64,000 bases of DNA from Candidatus Lustribacter sp. (GCA_965277805.1 OZ255842.1:4576001-4640000), one strand, 5' to 3'. Shown: positions 40,895 to 50,753, counted from the stretch's first letter. Numbers and translations: made by a program. The notes: generated by a model from the sequence alone, not told the origin.

Positions 40895-42568
40895 TTAGCT
40901 GCAGCCGCCGAGAGGGTCGGGGGTGATTGTGCCGGCGAAGGTGCCGCCGGTTACGGTGGCGCTTAGGATCTGATTGTTTAGCGGGCCACCGGTCCAGTTT
41001 AGGGCCGGCGTGGTGCTGCCGGGAGCGGTGATTACGCCGTTTGCGAATGTGCTGTGACCGGAGCTGTCGGTCGTGGTTAAGGTGATCGTGAGCGGGTTGC
41101 CGTTCGCGTCGCTGTAGGTTCCCGGACCGATAATCGTGTTGCCCGACGCGTCGAGCGCCGCTACGTTCAGTTGCAGCGTGCCGGTTGAATTGCAGATCGC
41201 ACCCAAGATGCCGTTGCTCACCAGCACCGACTTCACGACGCCGTTGAGGACGAAGTTCACGGTCGTGGCCGTGTTCGCCACGATGGTGACGGGTGCGGTC
41301 TGGGTGGAGAGCACGTGACCGCTGCCGCCCGCGCCGCCGGTCGCGTCGTAGGCCGTGACGGTGACCGACGCGCTGCCGGCCGGCAGCGAGGCCGTTGCCG
41401 TGCACGACACGGGGAAGTTCATCCGCCCGATGATGTTGGCGTTCTGTTCGCTGAAATAGATGCCGTCGCTGCCCGCTGCGACGTCGTAGGGGCTGGTCGA
41501 GGCATGCGGGATCGTGTACTCGTTGAGGACGCCCGTCGTCGTCATGCGCGCGATCTTGTTCGCGTTGTATTCGGCAATCCAGAGCGCCCCGTCGGGCAGC
41601 GCATGGATCGCTACGCTCGCCCCGGGTGAAAGCGCGTAGGTGTTCGTGATCGTCCCGTTCGTCGTCATCCGGTAGACGTTGCCGCTTAAGTCGGTGATCC
41701 AGAGCGCGTTGTCCGGCCCGTTCGTGATCGCATACGGCTCGGTGGGCACCGGGAACTCGTTGGTCAGCGTCCACACGGAGCCGGACTTCGCAATGCGCGC
41801 GACCCAGCCGGCGGATACGCCGTTGTTTTCGGTGACGTAGATCGCACCGTCGGGACCGAGGGCGGGCATCGTCGTCGCGCCTTGCGTCGTGATCGTGTCC
41901 GTCGACAGCCACGTTCCGTCGGCGGCGATATGATACACCGTATTCTGCGGTGCTTGGGTGTACGCCGTTCCCCAAACGGTGCGGTCGGCCGCTACGGCGA
42001 GATACTGCATGTCGTGCGGAAAGCCGGTGAAGTAGCTGACGCCGCCGGACGTCGTGATGTCGCCGAGCAGGGTGTTGTAGGGACTGGTCGTCCACAGCGC
42101 GCCGTTGGGACCGACGATGATACCGTTCTGAAAATAACCGAAGTAGTGGTCGGTGTAGACGCCGCCGGGAGCGATCGTTCCGATCGAGTAGCCGGCGTCT
42201 TCGACGAACCAGATATTTCCGTCCGGCCCTTCCACCACGCCGCGCGGCTGGGCGTTCACCGGCGTCTCGACGATCGACGGCTGGCCGTAATTGGTCGCGC
42301 ACCCCGGCGATCCCGCGGTAACGTCGATGTTCGTCGTCGTTCCGGCAGCGGTCACCGCAATCGATTGCGTTGCCGGCGAGACGTACTGGGCTTTGCGGCT
42401 CTTGGCTTGCGCGCCGGCGGCCGGCACGTCGATCGCGAACTGAACGGTGCCGGAGCCCTTGCCCGTCGTTTGCGGCACGGACGGCACAGCGGCATGCGAA
42501 CCGCCGCCGCCTCCGCCACACCCGGCAAGCAACATCAATGCAAGCAACAGCGCGCCCGGACGCCTCAT
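40895..42568 (-). CDS. lipoprotein with Vgb/NHL-like beta-propeller repeats
   Basis: LAGCGGGG lipobox; repeats GPDGNIWF, GPNGALW, GPDGAIY, GPDNALW, PDGALW. Confidence 0.85.
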   Translation of the reverse strand: MRRPGALLLALMLLAGCGGGGGGSHAAVPSVPQTTGKGSGTVQFAIDVPAAGAQAKSRKAQYVSPATQSIAVTAAGTTTNIDVTAGSPGCATNYGQPSIVETPVNAQPRGVVEGPDGNIWFVEDAGYSIGTIAPGGVYTDHYFGYFQNGIIVGPNGALWTTSPYNTLLGDITTSGGVSYFTGFPHDMQYLAVAADRTVWGTAYTQAPQNTVYHIAADGTWLSTDTITTQGATTMPALGPDGAIYVTENNGVSAGWVARIAKSGSVWTLTNEFPVPTEPYAITNGPDNALWITDLSGNVYRMTTNGTITNTYALSPGASVAIHALPDGALWIAEYNANKIARMTTTGVLNEYTIPHASTSPYDVAAGSDGIYFSEQNANIIGRMNFPVSCTATASLPAGSASVTVTAYDATGGAGGSGHVLSTQTAPVTIVANTATTVNFVLNGVVKSVLVSNGILGAICNSTGTLQLNVAALDASGNTIIGPGTYSDANGNPLTITLTTTDSSGHSTFANGVITAPGSTTPALNWTGGPLNNQILSATVTGGTFAGTITPDPLGGCS

Positions 42569-42615
42569 GAGCGGCTGACTAATCCGCCTGCAGCCACCCT
42601 ACCTGCCGGTCGAGG

Positions 42616-44397
42616 TCACTGTTTGCGGGCGGCCTGCGAGAGCGTATGCAGTCGCACCGCCGCGTTGACGAGCGATGCGTGGGAGAGGGTCTGCGGCACG
42701 TTGCCGACCTGACGCTTGAGGTTCGGATCGTATTCCTCGGACAGCATCCCGACATCGTTGGCGACGCCGATCAGCTTCTCGAGTAACGCGCGCGCCTCAT
42801 CGAAGCGGCCTTGCAGCGAGTAGTTGTCGACGAGCCAGAAGTTCACGGCCAAGAATGCGCCTTCAGGTTCGGAGTGTGTGGCTTGCGTCTCCGGATCGGC
42901 GGTCGTGCGATAGAGGAAGCCGTCTTGCATCAGCGCGGCAACGAGCGCGTCGGTGGTGCCGCGCATGCGCGGGTCGTCCGCCGCGATGAAGCCGACCACG
43001 GGCATCATCAAGAGCGCCGCATCGAGCGCTTTCGAACCGTACGACTGCACGAACGTATTGCGCTTAGCGTCGAACCCCTTCGCAAGGACGTCGGCGCGGA
43101 TCTGGTCCGCCGCCGCTCTCCAGCGATCGCGCGGGCCCTTATAGCCGAAATCATCGAGCGCGCGCACAGCGAAGTTGAGCGCGGCCCACGCGAGAACTTT
43201 GGAATGCGTGTAGTGCAGCGGTTCGGCGCGCGATTCCCAGATGCCGGAGTCGGGCTTGTCCCACACGCGTTCGACGTGCTCGACTAATTCCGAAATCATC
43301 CCCCAGGCCGACTCGTCGATCTCCACGCCGCTCTGATGCGCGAAGTAGATCGCGCCCATCGTTTCGCCGTACACGCCGAGTTGGAATTGCTGATAGGCCG
43401 CGTTGCCGATGCGCACCGGTTTCGAGCCCTCGTAGCCCGCCAGCGCGCCGACCTCGAACTCATCGATGCGCCGCTCGCCGCCGATGCCGTACATGATCTG
43501 CAAGTTTTCCGGCCGGCCGGCCAACGCGCAGAGCACCCAGTCGCGCCACGCGCGCGCATCGTCGATCAGGCCGCCGCGCAGCAGCGCCGCGATCGTGTAG
43601 GCGGAGTCGCGTACCCACGAGTAGCGGTAGTCCCAATTCTTCGAGCCGCCGATGACCTCGGGCAGCGACGTGGTGACGGCGGCCACGCCGGCACCCGACG
43701 GCGCATACGTCAGCGCTTCGAGAAACAGCAGCGAACGGCGCACGATCACGGGATAGCCGGACTCGATCTTGATTTGCGATGACCACTCGGTCCAATACTC
43801 AACGGTCTTCTCGAACGCGGCCATCGGATCGAGCGCCGGAGGGACGTCGTGATGAGAGGGATACCATGAGAGCACGAACGCACGCCGCTCGCCGGGCCGC
43901 AGCGAGAACGCCGCGCGCGGATCGTGATCCTCGAACGTCAGCTCCACGTCGCAGCGCAGCGCGAGCGCATCGCCGACGGCCGTCATCGTGAGCGCGTCGC
44001 CGATTTGGCGCGTCCACGGCGGCAGATCGCCGTAACCGAAACGCGCGTTGAGCACCATCTCGACCGGCACCTCGCCCTCGACGCCTTCGACGATGCGCAC
44101 GATGTGCGGTCCCGGATCGCGAAACGCGTGCATGAAGTCCGTTACGCGAATCGTTCCGTCGTCCGTGACGTGAGTCGTTTCGAGGACTAGCGTCTCGCCG
44201 CGGTACTGCCGGGTAGAAGAACGCACCGCCCCTTTCGGAGCGATGCGCCAGGTACCGTTCGTTTGGTCGCCGAGCAGCGCGCAGAAGACCGCGTCGTTGT
44301 CAAAGCGCGGCAGGCAGAGCCAGTCGATCGACCCGTCGCGACCGACGAGCGCGGCCGTGCCGCGATCGCCGATCAGCGCGTAGTCTTCGATGCGCAG
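42616..44397 (-). CDS. glycoside hydrolase family 15 (glucoamylase/trehalase-like)
   Basis: Frame extends upstream of ORF call to (L)RIEDYALIGD..SIDWLCLPRFD; NWDYRYSWVRD, GIWESR, LSEEYD, GNVPQ. Confidence 0.93.
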   Translation of the reverse strand: MRIEDYALIGDRGTAALVGRDGSIDWLCLPRFDNDAVFCALLGDQTNGTWRIAPKGAVRSSTRQYRGETLVLETTHVTDDGTIRVTDFMHAFRDPGPHIVRIVEGVEGEVPVEMVLNARFGYGDLPPWTRQIGDALTMTAVGDALALRCDVELTFEDHDPRAAFSLRPGERRAFVLSWYPSHHDVPPALDPMAAFEKTVEYWTEWSSQIKIESGYPVIVRRSLLFLEALTYAPSGAGVAAVTTSLPEVIGGSKNWDYRYSWVRDSAYTIAALLRGGLIDDARAWRDWVLCALAGRPENLQIMYGIGGERRIDEFEVGALAGYEGSKPVRIGNAAYQQFQLGVYGETMGAIYFAHQSGVEIDESAWGMISELVEHVERVWDKPDSGIWESRAEPLHYTHSKVLAWAALNFAVRALDDFGYKGPRDRWRAAADQIRADVLAKGFDAKRNTFVQSYGSKALDAALLMMPVVGFIAADDPRMRGTTDALVAALMQDGFLYRTTADPETQATHSEPEGAFLAVNFWLVDNYSLQGRFDEARALLEKLIGVANDVGMLSEEYDPNLKRQVGNVPQTLSHASLVNAAVRLHTLSQAARKQ

Positions 44398-44401
44398 GGA
44401 A

Positions 44402-45916
44402 CTACTTCGCCGCGGTTACCTGAGCCGTCGTTACCGGCCCCGCTTTGTTGCCCCATGCGCTGCGGATGTATGTAAGCACCTCGGCGATTTCCGCGTCCTT
44501 GAGGTTGCCCTTCCAGGCCGGCATCTGACCGCTGTAGTTCGCGCCGTTCACGGTGATCGGCGTCGAGAGACCGTGATCGACGATTGCGATCAGTTTGTCC
44601 GCGGGTCCGGTGACGACCGGATTGTTCGCCAGCGGCGGGAAGATGTTCGGCTGTCCTTGACCGTTTGCGCCGTGGCAGCCCGCGCAGTTGGCGGTGAACA
44701 CCGCTGCGCCCGCCGCGGCACCGCCGGCCGTCGTCGATCCGCCGGCTCCGCCGCCGGAGTTACCACCGGTGCTGGTGTCGACGGCGTACGTGCCGCCCGC
44801 GGTCGCGGTCGAAGCGCTGGCAACGTCAACGCCGTGCAAGTGCTGTTGATCCATGACGTGATACTGACCGTAGAAGCTCAGAATGATCGCGCCGCCCAGC
44901 ACGAGGCCCGTGCAGGTGAGCACGATCGGCCGGCGCGACGGACGCCGGCTCGGATTGCGATCGATGAACGGCAGCGCGATCAGCACGACGATGAGCAGCG
45001 TCGGGAAGACGATCGTGACGAAGAGACCGAGCAGGTTGATGATATCCGGCGGCGCGGGAATGCTGCCGACGACGTCGAGCAGCGAGAACAGCGCCATGAA
45101 ATACCAGGCCGGATACGGCACGAATTGCGTGTTGTTCGGATCGGCTTTGGCATCGAGCGGAGCCGGCGAGAACAACGCGAGTGCGAACACGATGACGAAC
45201 ATCGCGAACGACACGACCGTGTCCATGAACATCTGGTCGGGCCAGAAGCGGCCGGGTTTGAGCTTGGGCATCACGTCTTCCGGCGGACCGGCCGAGCCGT
45301 TCCAGCGGAAGATCATGAGATGCAAGCCGACCAGCAGCACGAGCACGGCGGGCGTCAGCCAGACGTGAATGCCGAAGAAGCGGTTGATCGTCAGCGTACC
45401 GATGCCCGAACCGTCTTGGAGGAAGAGCAGCACCAGTTTGCCGGCGATGGGCGCCGAGCCCGAAATTTGAATCGCGACTTTAGATGCGAGCAGCGCATTG
45501 AGATCCCACGGCAACAGGTAGCCGGTGAGTCCGAGCACGAGCGTCATGATGAAGAGGATGACGCCGACGATCCACTGCAGTTCGCGCGGCTTCTTGTAGG
45601 CGCCCCACAGCAGCACTTGCAGCATGTGCATCATCATGAACGCGATCATCGCGGTCGCGCCCCAATAGTGGAGCGAGAGCACGAGATGGCCCAGCGGAAC
45701 CTTCTCGATGATGTACTTGGTGGATTCCCACGCCGTCGCGGCCGACGGCGAGTAGTAGAACGTGAGGAAGATGCCGGTGGCGATCTGCAGGATCATCGCG
45801 AAGACGGTCGCGCTGCCGAAGGCGTACCAGTAACTCGCACCCCCCGGGACGTCCTCGGTGAGGAACTCCGTCGTCAGCGTGACGAGGCCGGTGCGCGAAT
45901 CGAGCCAATTTAACAT
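44402..45916 (-). CDS. petB: cytochrome b (b6 plus subunit IV in one chain) fused to C-terminal c-type cytochrome
   Basis: SLHYWGA..MHMLQ, GYLLPWD, GIHVW..GLHL, PAWY; linker; CAGCH..MPAW. Confidence 0.9.
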   Translation of the reverse strand: MLNWLDSRTGLVTLTTEFLTEDVPGGASYWYAFGSATVFAMILQIATGIFLTFYYSPSAATAWESTKYIIEKVPLGHLVLSLHYWGATAMIAFMMMHMLQVLLWGAYKKPRELQWIVGVILFIMTLVLGLTGYLLPWDLNALLASKVAIQISGSAPIAGKLVLLFLQDGSGIGTLTINRFFGIHVWLTPAVLVLLVGLHLMIFRWNGSAGPPEDVMPKLKPGRFWPDQMFMDTVVSFAMFVIVFALALFSPAPLDAKADPNNTQFVPYPAWYFMALFSLLDVVGSIPAPPDIINLLGLFVTIVFPTLLIVVLIALPFIDRNPSRRPSRRPIVLTCTGLVLGGAIILSFYGQYHVMDQQHLHGVDVASASTATAGGTYAVDTSTGGNSGGGAGGSTTAGGAAAGAAVFTANCAGCHGANGQGQPNIFPPLANNPVVTGPADKLIAIVDHGLSTPITVNGANYSGQMPAWKGNLKDAEIAEVLTYIRSAWGNKAGPVTTAQVTAAK

Positions 45917-45935
45917 ACGGTTACAACTTCTCCGA

Positions 45936-46571
45936 TCAGCCGATGCGCAAGACGACGAGGTCGGGGGTGTTCTGTTTATATTCGATCCACGTCAGCTCGG
46001 CTTTGCCGTTCGACTCGCGGAGCGGCAGCGGATCGAGACCGCGCGGCGCCGGGCCGGCGAGATGTTCGCCGAGATTGGTGTACTCCGAACCGTGGCACGG
46101 GCAGATGAACTTGGTCTGCGCGTCGACCCACGAATAGCGGCAGCCGAGGTGCGGGCAAATCGGGCTGAAGATCGTGAAGCCCATGTACCCAACGGGATAC
46201 GGTAGATGGTCGCCGCCGGGGGCGAAGAGCTCCGGACGCTTGGCCTTGAACTCGGCCTCGCTCGCCTTCACGGCCCACACGAACTGCTCGGTGTCGGCCG
46301 GCGGCAGATAGCCGTCGACTTCGTGGAGGCTGAACGTCACTTTGATCGGCTTGTCGGTGGCCTTCTGGAGGTCGGCCCACTCTTGGGGCGTCAGCGGCGA
46401 CCATTCATTGCCCACGGCATCCGGCGAGGGAACGAGCGAGGTGATCAGCGGGACCGCGAGCCCTAGCCCGATGACCCCGCCCAAAGCCATCACCGCGTTG
46501 ACCATAAAGGTCCGCCGGCTTTGTTCCTCCGGGGTCCCCGGATCTACGTACGACTCAGCGTGTGCCATCAT
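45936..46571 (-). CDS. Rieske iron-sulfur subunit of bc complex
   Basis: Tat motif SRRTFM, CPHLGC, CPCHGSEY, GPAPRGL; GAGGAG RBS. Confidence 0.93.
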   Translation of the reverse strand: MMAHAESYVDPGTPEEQSRRTFMVNAVMALGGVIGLGLAVPLITSLVPSPDAVGNEWSPLTPQEWADLQKATDKPIKVTFSLHEVDGYLPPADTEQFVWAVKASEAEFKAKRPELFAPGGDHLPYPVGYMGFTIFSPICPHLGCRYSWVDAQTKFICPCHGSEYTNLGEHLAGPAPRGLDPLPLRESNGKAELTWIEYKQNTPDLVVLRIG

Positions 46572-46698
46572 TCTCCTCAAGGTTCACGGCCGCGGGACCG
46601 CCTTCACCCATGAACTATAGGATGTCGGTCCGACAAACTCGCGTACTTTCGTAGCGCTCGTTCCGCTGTTCCTCTCCCGGAAAGACGCTCACTCCCTC

Positions 46699-48213
46699 CT
46701 ACGAGGAGCAGCTCACCACGATGGGAGGACGATCCGGCGGGGCAGGCCGGTCGTAAGCGGCCACCTCCGGGTCGTCGCTGTACGGCCGGCGCAGGGCGGC
46801 CAAAAGTCGCCGCACGGGTTCGTCGTCGCCGGCTTCGGACGCCGCGATCGCCTCCTGGGCCAAGTGATTGCGCAACACGATGCGCGGGTTGACGGCGTTC
46901 ATCGCCGCGATGCGTTCGGCGAGCGGCCGGGCTTCGCGCTCGAGACGGAGCTCGTACCGGCCGAGCCACTCCGCGGCGGCCGGCGTTCCGCCGAGTGCGA
47001 GCAGCAGCGCTTCCCGGTGCGCTTGCGCGAGCTCCGGGTTCGCGGCGGATTCGGCAGCCGTGCGGATGTCGGCGAGCATGCGGAACGTGCGCGTGAAATC
47101 GGACTTCGCCGCGGCCATCGCGGTGCGCAGATCCTGGCCGAGCTGATCGTCCTCGTCCTGTGCATTGGCAAGGCCGAGTTTGTTGCGCGTGTTGGTGAGA
47201 AACGCGTCGCGCAACTCCGGCACGTAGGTTTTGATCGCGGCTTCGAGTTGCGCCGGTTCGACGATCGATGCGAGTGCGTTCGCCAGCGCGTAGCAATTCC
47301 ACAAACCGATGCCGGGCTGCTGATCGAACGCGTAGCGTCCGCCTTGATCGGTGTGGTTGCAGATGGCGCCGGGCTCGTACCCTTCCATGAAGCCGTACGG
47401 ACCGTAATCGAGCGTGAGCCCGAGAATCGAGAAGTTGTCGGTGTTCATCACGCCGTGCATGAAGCCCACGCTTTGCCACGCGGCCATCAAGCGCGCCGTA
47501 CGTTTCACCACCGCTTCGAAAAAGCGCACGTAGCGATCCTCGCCGGTGCCGGATTCGGGATAGAAGCGCTCGATCACGTAATCGGCGAGTATGCGGATCG
47601 CGTCGGTTTCGCCGCGCGCCGCAAAGATTTCGAACGAGCCGAAACGCACGAACGATTGCGCGAGCCGCACGACGATCGCTGCGGTTTCGATGCTCTCGCG
47701 AATGACTTGCTCGTCGTTTGCGACCATGGCGAGGGCGCGCGTCGTCGGGATGCTGAGCGCATCCATCGCTTCGCTGGCGAGAAATTCGCGAATCGTCGAT
47801 CGCAGCACGGCACGTCCGTCGGCGAAACGCGAGTAGGCGGTTTGGCCTGCGCCCTTGAGCTGGATCTCCCAGGGTTCGCCGCGCCGGTTCGTGATTTCGC
47901 CGAGCGCGATCGCGCGGCCGTCGCCGAGTTGTCCCGCCCAGACGCCGAACTGATGTCCGCCGTAGAGCGCCGCGAACGGCTGCATGCCGCGCAGGATCGC
48001 GGTGCCGCTCGCGATGCGGATGAACTCATCGCGCGTCAGCTCGCTCGGGCGCAGATCGATGAGCGCTGCAGCGTCGGGACTGACCGCAACCAGACGCGCG
48101 CCTTCAAGACCGCTCGGCGTGCGCGACTCGTAGAATCGCTCGCCTAGGGCGGCAAAGGCATTAGTGAAGACCAGATCCTCGAGCGCGATGCCCGGGGTTA
48201 ACGCAACCGTCAT
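46699..48213 (-). CDS. selO: protein adenylyltransferase SelO/YdiU
   Basis: YGGHQFG..QLGDGRA, QLKGAG, DGRAVLRS, HGVMNTDN, C-terminal SCSS. Confidence 0.95.
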   Translation of the reverse strand: MTVALTPGIALEDLVFTNAFAALGERFYESRTPSGLEGARLVAVSPDAAALIDLRPSELTRDEFIRIASGTAILRGMQPFAALYGGHQFGVWAGQLGDGRAIALGEITNRRGEPWEIQLKGAGQTAYSRFADGRAVLRSTIREFLASEAMDALSIPTTRALAMVANDEQVIRESIETAAIVVRLAQSFVRFGSFEIFAARGETDAIRILADYVIERFYPESGTGEDRYVRFFEAVVKRTARLMAAWQSVGFMHGVMNTDNFSILGLTLDYGPYGFMEGYEPGAICNHTDQGGRYAFDQQPGIGLWNCYALANALASIVEPAQLEAAIKTYVPELRDAFLTNTRNKLGLANAQDEDDQLGQDLRTAMAAAKSDFTRTFRMLADIRTAAESAANPELAQAHREALLLALGGTPAAAEWLGRYELRLEREARPLAERIAAMNAVNPRIVLRNHLAQEAIAASEAGDDEPVRRLLAALRRPYSDDPEVAAYDRPAPPDRPPIVVSCSS

Positions 48214-48257
48214 TAAAGCTTCAAACTCCGAGGTTCGTCCGATCCGTTGCGGGTAGG

Positions 48258-48788
48258 ATGGCAGACATGCGAGCGTATCTTTGGGGAATTCTCACCGTGC
48301 TGGTCATCCTGATTGCGGGCGGCTTCGCGGTCTATTGGTTCGCCTTGGTCCCGATGGGGGCCGATGCGCCGTATTTCCCGATGGAAAAGAAGATGGCCAA
48401 CCACATGGTCGACGCGACGATCGATCGCGAGGCGCCTGCGGCACCGTACCCGTTCGGCCCACCCACCGATGCGACGATCCTGGCCGGGGCGAAACTCTAT
48501 ATGACCAACTGCGCGGTCTGCCACGGCAGCGCCGGCAGCGATCAGTCCAACATGTCCAAAGGCCAGTACGTGAAGGTGCCGCAGTTCACCAAACATGGCG
48601 TCGACGACGATCCGGAAGGCGAGACCTACTGGAAGATCGAGCACGGCTATCGCTTCACCGGAATGCCCGCGTTCAAGGGTAACCTGACCGAAGAGCAGAT
48701 CTGGCAGATCACGTACTTCCTCAAACGCGGCATGGATAAGTTACCGCCGGCGGCCGACAAGGTCTGGCATCAGCCTCACGCGGACTAG
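48258..48788 (+). CDS. membrane-anchored monoheme cytochrome c
   Basis: N-terminal TM, CAVCHG, YWKIEHG..TGMPAF. Confidence 0.88.
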   Translation: MADMRAYLWGILTVLVILIAGGFAVYWFALVPMGADAPYFPMEKKMANHMVDATIDREAPAAPYPFGPPTDATILAGAKLYMTNCAVCHGSAGSDQSNMSKGQYVKVPQFTKHGVDDDPEGETYWKIEHGYRFTGMPAFKGNLTEEQIWQITYFLKRGMDKLPPAADKVWHQPHAD

Positions 48789-48795
48789 CCTGCGG

Positions 48796-49713
48796 TTAGG
48801 TGCGGGGTAACGAGACTTCGCGCTGCCCTCTGAGGAGTTCGCCCGCGACCGCGACGCCGAGACGCTCGGCCTGCCCGAGGTCTTCGACCGGCGCTTCGCG
48901 TGCGAGACGGCGCACCCCGGTCCCATCGCCGGACGCAATCGCTACGGAAAGCCGCAGCATTCCATCGGAGCAACGTTTCGCGAAGCCCGCAACCGGTGCT
49001 CCGCAACCGGCTCGCATTTCGCGCAGGAACGCTCGTTCCGCGACGACTGCGCGCTCGGTCGGCGTGTCGCCGAGGAGTTCGTGCACGATCGCTGCGCGCT
49101 GATCATCGCTGCGCATCTGGATTCCAAGTGCGCCTTGTCCGACACACGGCGTTACTTCTTCCGGCGAAAATGCGGCCATGTAGGTAGCGCGCGTGCCGAG
49201 ACGGTTCAGACCGGCCATCGCCAGGACCAACGCATCGTAGCCGCCATCTAACAGCTTCCCGAGGCGGGTATCGATGTTGCCTCGAACATCGACATACACG
49301 AGATCGTCCCGCAGTTCTGCTAGCTGCGCACGCCGTCGTGGACTCGACGTCCCCACGCGCGAACCCGCCGGCAGCTCACCAAACGTCGCAAAGCGTTCGG
49401 AGACATAGACGTCGCGCGGATCCTCTCGACGCGTTATCGCCGCCAGCGTGATTCCGGGCGCGAACGAGGAGGGCAAGTCTTTGCACGAGTGCACGGCACA
49501 ATCCGCGCGCTTCTCTCGTAACGCGCGCTCGACTTCGGCCGCAAACACGTTTTCAGTCCCGATCTCCGCGATAGCGCGGTCGGTTACGCGATCGCCGACG
49601 GTGGAGACGATCTTCAGCGTCGTCTCAATCCCGGCTCCGGCGAGACGTCGTGCAACAGACCTCGCTTGCACGAGGGCAAGGCGGCTACCGCGAGTTGCGC
49701 AGACGAAGGGCAC
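48796..49713 (-). CDS. hemC: hydroxymethylbilane synthase, copy 2 (stand-alone)
   Basis: ATRGSRLALVQ, AVHSCKD, GTSSPRR, RGNIDTRL, AGCGAP. Confidence 0.93.
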   Translation of the reverse strand: MPFVCATRGSRLALVQARSVARRLAGAGIETTLKIVSTVGDRVTDRAIAEIGTENVFAAEVERALREKRADCAVHSCKDLPSSFAPGITLAAITRREDPRDVYVSERFATFGELPAGSRVGTSSPRRRAQLAELRDDLVYVDVRGNIDTRLGKLLDGGYDALVLAMAGLNRLGTRATYMAAFSPEEVTPCVGQGALGIQMRSDDQRAAIVHELLGDTPTERAVVAERAFLREMRAGCGAPVAGFAKRCSDGMLRLSVAIASGDGTGVRRLAREAPVEDLGQAERLGVAVAGELLRGQREVSLPRT

Positions 49714-49737
49714 GAACGTAACGTTTCACGTTCGTTG

Positions 49738-49780
49738 AGTCTAGCGATCTGACCGCGCGCAGCGGGTGACTTCTATCACG
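49738..49780 (-). promoter_or_regulatory. CRP/FNR-like site GGTGAC-TTCT-ATCACG with -10 TAGACT upstream of hemC2
   Basis: Site 49765-49780; minus-strand TAGACT at 49743-49738; same spacing as at bchH and crtE. Confidence 0.7.
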
Positions 49781-49803
49781 CCGTGCGCTGAGAGGTTTGG
49801 TGT

Positions 49804-50391
49804 ATGACTGATCGCGTGCCGTTGAAGGCGCTCGCAGTTGGTTTGTTTTGGATCAACGTCGTCGCGCTCGGGCTCGGTCTTTTCGGCATCCTCGTTGCGA
49901 TTCCGCATGCGGGACCTTGGAAACACCCGGGCGACCTTGCCTTCTTCGTTTGGGCTCTGCCGCGCGGCGGTTCGATGGGCATGGTAACGGGTGCGCTCGC
50001 GATGCTTGTGGGCGATGGCTGGCGCCGGACGCTATTATTCGCCGTCATCTCCTGTGTCATTTCGGCTGCCGCGGAACTCACCAAGCACGAAAACGGGTTG
50101 GCCGTTCGGCGGTTACGAGTACCTCGAGCTCTTGGGATGGAAGATCGCGGGCGCGTTCCGTACGGTGTACCGCTGTCGTGGTTCTACATGGGTTTTGCGG
50201 CATACGTTCTGGCCACATCGCTCGTGCCCGCATTTGTGTCCGGTCGCGTTTGGCTGCGCGTTCTGCTCGGAACGTGGCTGCTAACCGCATGGGACCTCGT
50301 GCTCGATCCTGCAACCGCTTTGGCCGCAATCGCCCTGAGTCTCGTGCCGGCAATGGCGGCCCTCCGGCGACCGAGTCCGCGCACGGCTTGA
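49804..50391 (+). pseudogene. cruF: CruF-like carotenoid hydratase (DUF422), two compensating frameshifts, apparently truncated
   Basis: AEL-[frame shift: STKTGWPFGGYEYLELLGWKIAG]-RVPYGVPLSWFYMG..AWDLVLDPA, then early end. Confidence 0.7.
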
Positions 50392-50399
50392 CGCCGGCG

Positions 50400-50753
50400 T
50401 TACTGCGGCGGGTTGTCCGGCGGTTTGGTCAGGTTCGGGAAGACCCGCTGCAGCTGGCGCTCGTAGGACTTGAGATCGAAACGGATCAGTTCTTCCTCGA
50501 CGATGCCGCGGACCCAGCGCTCGACGCGGTCCTTGGCAATGAACCACAGGGCCATGAACGGGGCGAGAACGACATGGAAGCCGACGAACGCCGCAAAATA
50601 CCAAGCCATGCCGAGCCACATCGGCGCGCCCCAACCCATGCGAATTGCCACCGCGGCGCCGGTAACGGTTGCCGCCGAATGAATGGCAATTCGAGCGTGG
50701 ACGTGCCGTGGCACGAACACGAGTTGGAGGCCCCGCGAGCCGGTTCTTAGCAC
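50400..50753 (-). CDS. small hypothetical membrane protein in pigment cluster
   Basis: GGGAG RBS before GTG; two hydrophobic segments. Confidence 0.65.
   Translation of the reverse strand: MLRTGSRGLQLVFVPRHVHARIAIHSAATVTGAAVAIRMGWGAPMWLGMAWYFAAFVGFHVVLAPFMALWFIAKDRVERWVRGIVEEELIRFDLKSYERQLQRVFPNLTKPPDNPPQ

Noticed and set aside
40895-42568. Virginiamycin B lyase resistance gene
   Set aside because: Lipoprotein with extra domains; repeats indicate fold only.
46699-46715. Selenocysteine at the SelO C-terminus
   Set aside because: Ends C-S-S followed by TAG; no in-frame TGA.
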